A stretch of DNA of 64,000 nt from a virus (lineage: Duplodnaviria > Heunggongvirae > Uroviricota > Caudoviricetes): IMG/VR virus record IMGVR_UViG_2700988907_000001; one strand, written 5' to 3'. Below the pieces are notes generated by a model. The model saw only the letters and a list, made by a program, of their open reading frames with translations, did no database searches and was not told the origin of the DNA. The translations under genes and the position numbers were made by a program. Below are positions 58,560-64,000 of this stretch, piece by piece. Within the stretch, counting starts at the first letter, position 1, and each line of letters starts with the position of its first letter.

Positions 58560-60011
58560 ACACAAGTTACTACTATAAATAATTCCTTCGTGACTATTAG
58601 GATTCTCTCTGTTCACTGTATCACGATAAAACATAAATAATTTACCTTTTTCTAATTGTTGCTTCATAATCTTTTTCATGATTTCAATAGCTTCTACACG
58701 TTTCTTTTTAAGATTAGGATTATCCACACATTCATAGTATCTATATGTCCAAGCATGGTCTTGCTTGTTAGGTTTTTCTTTTTCTCCTAATTTTTTCTTA
58801 TCATAGTAATCTTCTAAACTATAGCCCATTTCTTTTCTAATCTCATGAGGGTCAAATAAATACCAGTCCCCACGTTTATCAACTTGTCTCATAAATTCAT
58901 CGGGAATACATAGCGCAGGGAATATATTATATGCTCTCATGTTCTGGTCTCCAACTGGTGATTGTATATCTAAAAACATTTCTAAATCTAAATGCCACGC
59001 ATCTAAATAGACGGCGCCAGCCCCACTACGAGTTCCGAGCTGATTCACTGACTCTAATGTTTTATCTAATATTTTAATCCAGGGAATAATACCACTAGAC
59101 GCTCCTACATTGCCTCTAATATCAGAACCATTGGCTCTAATTTTCCCTATATATGTCCCCAAGCCTGCACCATTCTTACTAAACTCTGCCACTTTTGAAA
59201 TACTATCAAAAATACTAGTTAAAGAGTCATCAAATGTTACGACATGACATGAACTTAAAGAACCATATGGCGTGCCACTATTCATAAATGTTGGTGTAGC
59301 ACTTGATATTTGTAACTTAGAAAATCTATCATATAATCTTAATGCTTCTTTTAATCTATTTTGTGGTTCCTCTGCTGATGAAATGTGTAAAGCCATTGTC
59401 ATAAATCTTTCTTGAGGCAATTCTAAAATAGATTTATCATAGTCTGTTACTAAGTATCTATCTTTTAATTGGTTTACTCCCGCATAATCAAATAGCATAT
59501 CGTTATCTGGTTTAATATACTCTCCTGCTTCCTTGATTTCTTCTTGAGAATACTTTTCAAATAATTCTTTTGTGTATAAACCTTTCTCAGCCATCATAAG
59601 TATAAAGCCCAAGTAGTCTCCATACTTATCATTAGAATCAAAAGAGCGGTTCTTACTTGCTCTTTTATATAGCTCATTCAATAATACATATCTAGCAAAT
59701 TTGTTCCAATTAATACTATTAAGGGATTCTTGCGTAATTCTATCTTTATCATCTTTAATATCATCTACTAATGATAAAGAGTCTTGGATTAAAATTCTAT
59801 TAATAGATTTAGCTTCAATTTCATCTTTATATTGAATCTTACCAATTACTTTATCAATGAAGAAGTCTTTAGATTCTTTAGGTACTTTTAAACCATCTAA
59901 TCCCTTATTAATAAAGTTGATGAGTCTTTGAGGCTCAAACTCTTTTATTCTTTCATTGACTTTTCCTTTATCTTTAATTACTATCGTCATATAAAATTTC
60001 CTCCTAATCAT
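58560..60011 (-). CDS. nrdE: Ribonucleotide reductase class Ib alpha subunit, exon 1
   Basis: 484 aa ending SSNLC, where the thiyl-radical Cys sits in the N-x-C-x-E active-site motif. The cone-less NrdE-type N-terminus is followed by a stop codon inside the intron. Confidence 0.8.
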
Positions 60012-60071
60012 ATCTCAATATATATTATATCATAAAAGAACAGTTTTGTCAACTGTTCTTGTAAAAAATTA

Positions 60072-60305
60072 TTATTTTTTCCCACTTCTAAACGTAATTA
60101 AATCTTCATATAAAACAACTTTAACAAGGGCTGGAACCCCATCTTTTGTTTCTTCTATAATTTCTACATTGTCATATATCTTACATAACCTAGTTATATG
60201 TGGAATATTGGAACTATATATAATCCACCTATTTAATTCTTTATCATAAGAGCATGTTGTTTCTGCTTCGTGCTTAGAATATCTACTATCTACTATTTTA
60301 GCCAT
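60072..60305 (-). CDS. Hypothetical protein
   Basis: 77 aa upstream of nrdE in the same operon. Confidence 0.3.
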   Translation of the reverse strand: MAKIVDSRYSKHEAETTCSYDKELNRWIIYSSNIPHITRLCKIYDNVEIIEETKDGVPALVKVVLYEDLITFRSGKK

Positions 60306-60458
60306 TTGTCAATCTCTTTATTTACTTCGATTTTAGCAAAACCTTTAAGATTTTTATGTTTGGAAATAACCTTATCTTTTAATGCTTCAGTAGAAACTGC
60401 TCCCATATAGTCCCCGTCTTTATTAAAAATCGCATAAACTGTGTATTGTGGTAATTTA

Positions 60459-60947
60459 TTATCCATGCTTTAACCCCTCATTTCTTATTAATGAATCAAT
60501 TTGTGTAACTTTGTCTCTAATATCATCAAATCTTATATTATTTTCAATATCGTTATTACCATATATTTTTTTATATAATTCTATTTTATAAATTAATGAA
60601 TCTAACTCATTATTTGCCATACCTATATCTTTATTTATCTCGTTTACTAAATGTCGTTTCTTTCTCTTTATTTCAGTGTTGTTTGCTAGTTCTTGTAGTT
60701 TAGCTTCTGGGTAGTAGCTCAATTCTATAAAGTTTTCAATTACCTTTATTTTATTAAGAGAGCTAGTTTTAATTACTTCATCATTATAAACATAGTTGAC
60801 AACTAATAAACCAGCTGTTCCTTGTGTTTTTTTAACATCTATATAATTCCCTCCACCTAAATCTACACCTACAAATTCATTTATTTTATGTTCTTCTAAC
60901 TCATAATAGCTTTCTTCAAATTTCTCTCTTAATCCATCGTTTACCAT
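60459..60947 (-). CDS. Hypothetical protein
   Basis: 162 aa. Confidence 0.3.
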   Translation of the reverse strand: MVNDGLREKFEESYYELEEHKINEFVGVDLGGGNYIDVKKTQGTAGLLVVNYVYNDEVIKTSSLNKIKVIENFIELSYYPEAKLQELANNTEIKRKKRHLVNEINKDIGMANNELDSLIYKIELYKKIYGNNDIENNIRFDDIRDKVTQIDSLIRNEGLKHG

Positions 60948-60967
60948 AAATAACCTCTCCTTTTATA

Positions 60968-61333
60968 TTATTCATTATCCCAACGAACAGACACCATAAC
61001 ACCATCTTGTGAATCTTCATATACTGTATGGAAACCTTCATTGTCTAATTCTTTAAGAACTGCTAATATTTCTTGTTTATTATACCCTTCTATAGGTTCT
61101 TTAAACTTAAATATTTTATAATACAATATACAACTAAACCTACCTTTTTCACTGGCTGTTTTAATATCTGATTTAGCTTGTTTTAAAAATTCATTAATAT
61201 TTTTCTTTTTAGGTTTAGCTGTATTAAAGTCATTTCTTGTTCCTTGAAACCAACGTTTTGCTTTAATAGTATTATCATAGGTTCGTTGTGCTAAATTTTT
61301 CTTTGCCATTACACTAATTCGCCATCTTTCCAA
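60968..61333 (-). CDS. Hypothetical protein
   Basis: 121 aa. Confidence 0.3.
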   Translation of the reverse strand: MERWRISVMAKKNLAQRTYDNTIKAKRWFQGTRNDFNTAKPKKKNINEFLKQAKSDIKTASEKGRFSCILYYKIFKFKEPIEGYNKQEILAVLKELDNEGFHTVYEDSQDGVMVSVRWDNE

Positions 61334-61716
61334 ATAAGCGTCATTGTCATATCATCATTTAAGATGTAAATAGAAACGCTATGTTCATTTTTAACTTCCG
61401 AAATAGTGCGGTTACCGTACATATAAGATTTTAATATTTTTAAGTCTTTCCAACCTTCCTCTTTTGAAGGTATTGCATTTCTAACTTCTAAAAGTCTAGG
61501 AATTGCCGTTTCTTCTGTGATTGATTCTTCAATTTCTACTGTGAAAGTCTCGTTTACAGCAATTTCATGCTCTATTGATATATTTTGAAGCATATCGAAA
61601 TACACAGAACCACCATCGAGATTACTATAAAACGCTTTTTCTGTAATACGGTTCTTCCAACCCCACTGAATTAATTCCGGTAGTGTCATTTCAACTTCCT
61701 TTTTAATCTTTGCCAT
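61309..61716 (-). CDS. Hypothetical protein (paralogue of 62623-63027)
   Basis: 135 aa. Its C-terminus ...MTMTLIWKDGELV compares with ...MNTQLIWKNGEMV in the other copy. Confidence 0.35.
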   Translation of the reverse strand: MAKIKKEVEMTLPELIQWGWKNRITEKAFYSNLDGGSVYFDMLQNISIEHEIAVNETFTVEIEESITEETAIPRLLEVRNAIPSKEEGWKDLKILKSYMYGNRTISEVKNEHSVSIYILNDDMTMTLIWKDGELV

Positions 61717-61731
61717 AATATCTCTCCTTAT

Positions 61732-61914
61732 TTATTTCTCCTTTACATAATCCAAAGGCATATCAATGTCGTCTTCTGATTCTATTATAACAAAAAATCT
61801 TTCTAATGTCAACAACAATATCCCAATTATACCACATAAAACCGTTATTTTAACTAGTATTTTCATTTTTAAAACCCTTTCATGACGGGCTTCGTGACAC
61901 CCGCCTATTTTCAA
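61732..61914 (-). CDS. Small membrane protein
   Basis: 60 aa with a central TM helix. Confidence 0.3.
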   Translation of the reverse strand: MKIGGCHEARHERVLKMKILVKITVLCGIIGILLLTLERFFVIIESEDDIDMPLDYVKEK

Positions 61915-62154
61915 AAAATATTTTTATCCATTTCTTTAATCAAAAACCCTATAACGACGCGGTTTATAGCACTTTATTTATTCTTGGATTAGCTTTTATT
62001 GTGTATTTTAACCTTAAAATGTTCAATTATTTTTCATTCATGATTTCTTCAACTTCTACAATTTCTCTTTGTAATTTCACATTGTTTGGATGGCTATTAA
62101 ATATCTCTTGTGCTTTCTCTTTAGCTTCTTCAACGTTATTTTCTTCGACATTTC

Positions 62155-62577
62155 CTAGCTATATATCCATTTTTGGATAACATCTTCTATTTTTTCTATA
62201 TATTCTTCACTAAGAAGTTCATCTTTATCGACGTTAATATCTAAAATCTCATCAAACGTCTTCGCTTTTTCTTTTACCTCCAATATATCATTTTCTTTAT
62301 ATTTATTATTCTCCAATATATCATATGTTTGTTTAAAAATATCTGGTTTAACCGCATAGAACTCCCCTTGTACACCTTTTACAACATAATCATTTTCAGA
62401 GACCACTAAAACTCCTTCTAATGTATCAATACCAAAACGAATATCAAAAGTAGTTAAATCATAAAATTCATGAGCTTTACCTTTAGTCCAATCAAAAATC
62501 TCTTGTTTACTTTCTTTAGTTCCTTTATACTGAATATATTCGATTTCTACAGGTTTCTTTTTTGCTTTTTTAATCAT
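62155..62577 (-). CDS. Hypothetical protein
   Basis: 140 aa. Confidence 0.3.
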   Translation of the reverse strand: MIKKAKKKPVEIEYIQYKGTKESKQEIFDWTKGKAHEFYDLTTFDIRFGIDTLEGVLVVSENDYVVKGVQGEFYAVKPDIFKQTYDILENNKYKENDILEVKEKAKTFDEILDINVDKDELLSEEYIEKIEDVIQKWIYS

Positions 62578-62622
62578 TATTTATATCTCTCCTTTATTAT
62601 TCCATTTCTATAAAATAATTCT

Positions 62623-63027
62623 TCAAACCATTTCTCCGTTTTTCCAAATTAATTGAGTATTCATTGCATCATCTAAATAATAAACTTCTTTTATTTTTAA
62701 CGGGGTTTCATTCACAAGATGTGAAATATTTACATTTTTGTAGTAATCTATCATTGTGGTAGAACTATATGGATTAAAATGTTTTACAATAATATTTTCT
62801 AATATTGTGTGTTCATTAATCTCTATTTCCTTCTGTATAATTAAATCTTCCCCATTGTCAGCATAAGTAACATTGTCCTTAGTTTCAAAATTGACTATTT
62901 TCAAGAATGACTTATCATTTGAATAAGCAATCTGTTCGACAAAAAAGTTTTCTGCGCCTTGTTCATCAATCAATTTTTTAAGATATTCTCCATGACTAAT
63001 AACTTCTTCTACTTTAATTTTTGTCAT
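62623..63027 (-). CDS. Hypothetical protein (paralogue of 61309-61716)
   Basis: 134 aa with shared C-terminal motif. Confidence 0.35.
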   Translation of the reverse strand: MTKIKVEEVISHGEYLKKLIDEQGAENFFVEQIAYSNDKSFLKIVNFETKDNVTYADNGEDLIIQKEIEINEHTILENIIVKHFNPYSSTTMIDYYKNVNISHLVNETPLKIKEVYYLDDAMNTQLIWKNGEMV

Positions 63028-63244
63028 TATTTAATTTCTCCTTATATAAACCCATTAATTTTATTGAACGGTCACTAGCTTGTTCTATTAAAAACTTATC
63101 CTTATTTGTCATACTATTTAATAACTCTTGTGTTGTCTTTTCTTGATAGTTATTAACATTGATAGTGCTATCATATTTATGTAATAACTCCATAACTTTT
63201 ACTTGTTCGTTTAAGATTTCTGAAATTAACTCTTTTCTACTCAC
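63014..63244 (-). CDS. Hypothetical protein
   Basis: 76 aa. Confidence 0.3.
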   Translation of the reverse strand: MSRKELISEILNEQVKVMELLHKYDSTINVNNYQEKTTQELLNSMTNKDKFLIEQASDRSIKLMGLYKEKLNNDKN

Positions 63245-63360
63245 TTTATTTTTTCCTCCTTGTTTTTATAGTTTAATACTAGCATATGTATAAACCAAAG
63301 TCAACAATATATTAATAAAGACTAGAGAAAAAACTCTAGCCTTAACATATTTTTATCTTA

Positions 63361-63915
63361 TTAAGCAATCTCTTTTAGTTTATCGACTAATACTGATAGA
63401 ATTTCTGCTTGACTTTCATCTAAATCTTTTACTTTTCTACCATTCCCCAACACATCTTCAATAACTTTATTACGCTCTTCTGTTTTGCCTTCTTTTTGTA
63501 GTTTTTTACCTAATTCAGCAGTCTCTTTCATTAAGGCATCAAAATCATATTCTGTATCGTTATCAGTCGGTTTTTCTTTAGGTTTATCAGTAATATTGTT
63601 TTTTCCTTCTTTTTCTACTGCGTCTTTAAATGCTTCGAGATATGATTTAGCAGAAAGTTTTGTCCATTCTGGCATATATTTCAAAGAACTACCAGCTGTG
63701 TGAGATACGCTATCTCTATAATAAATTCTACGTTCTTCATTTCCACTATCATCAATTAAAACATCAAAGAATAAAATATTATCGCATACACGATTTAAAG
63801 CATTAAATGTTGCATTTTTTAAATCTGGTACTTCTTTATTAAATTCATACACTTGTTGTCTAGTCTTTTTATCTGTAGTTAAAGACATATCATCTGTAAC
63901 ATATTCTTCTGGCAT
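63361..63915 (-). CDS. Hypothetical protein with charged C-terminal half
   Basis: 184 aa. Confidence 0.3.
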   Translation of the reverse strand: MPEEYVTDDMSLTTDKKTRQQVYEFNKEVPDLKNATFNALNRVCDNILFFDVLIDDSGNEERRIYYRDSVSHTAGSSLKYMPEWTKLSAKSYLEAFKDAVEKEGKNNITDKPKEKPTDNDTEYDFDALMKETAELGKKLQKEGKTEERNKVIEDVLGNGRKVKDLDESQAEILSVLVDKLKEIA

Positions 63916-64000
63916 GTCTGCTTTTGGTACTTGTTTTGTTTGTGTTTTTGTATGAACGATAAAATGTGGAACAAGTCCAGATTGCTCAATTAATTCAACA

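Noticed and set aside
1-64000. CRISPR arrays, rRNA and tRNA genes
   Set aside because: No regularly spaced direct repeats with unique spacers were seen. The only tandem repeats are the in-frame tape measure repeats. I recognised no T-arm-like GGTTCGAATCC-type motif or cloverleaf in intergenic regions. A tRNAscan or Infernal run would be needed to exclude tRNAs formally.

Overview
This 64 kb window is AT-rich, low-GC Firmicute-type phage DNA. The holin and endolysin are close matches to Staphylococcus phage phi11-type proteins, so I read it as a large Staphylococcus siphovirus-like phage or prophage segment.

The plus strand (1-26364) carries a late morphogenesis and lysis operon. In order it encodes a partial acidic head protein and an HK97-fold major capsid protein with an N-terminal delta domain. 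Connector, neck and major tail proteins follow, then G/GT tail assembly chaperones with a GGGAAAG -1 slippery site. Next is a 2410-aa tape measure protein with internal W-rich tandem repeats and C-terminal M23 peptidase and lytic transglycosylase domains. Dit, Tal, two large tail fibre proteins and an XkdX-like mini-protein come next. The lysis cassette is a phi11-like holin plus a CHAP-amidase_2-SH3b endolysin, and a tyrosine recombinase closes the plus-strand block.

From 26401 to the end, everything is on the minus strand. This block is a DNA-metabolism and accessory region. It encodes class Ib ribonucleotide reductase (nrdE-nrdF-nrdI), a DnaE-type Pol III alpha, DnaB-like helicase, DnaG-like primase, RNase H, RecJ-like exonuclease, a RuvC-like resolvase and a PhoH-like protein. 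It also encodes two DNA methyltransferases, a guanylate-kinase-like protein, a pentapeptide-repeat protein, an SPFH/band-7 protein and many small or membrane ORFs.

The most striking feature is a family of self-splicing group I introns interrupting three essential genes: the endolysin (275 nt, ORF-less), dnaE (318 nt, ORF-less) and nrdE (about 0.9 kb, carrying a GIY-YIG homing endonuclease). All three share the core motif CAACGACTAT. Several free-standing HNH and Vsr-like homing endonuclease genes sit nearby. The RuvC-like gene carries a frameshift.

I saw no CRISPR array, and I did not recognise any rRNA or tRNA genes by eye. I cannot name a definitively novel system. The best candidates for undescribed biology are the accessory membrane-protein/pentapeptide/SPFH cluster at 26.4-33.9 kb, the antisense moron inside the tail operon, and the unusual 3' splice geometry of the nrdE intron.
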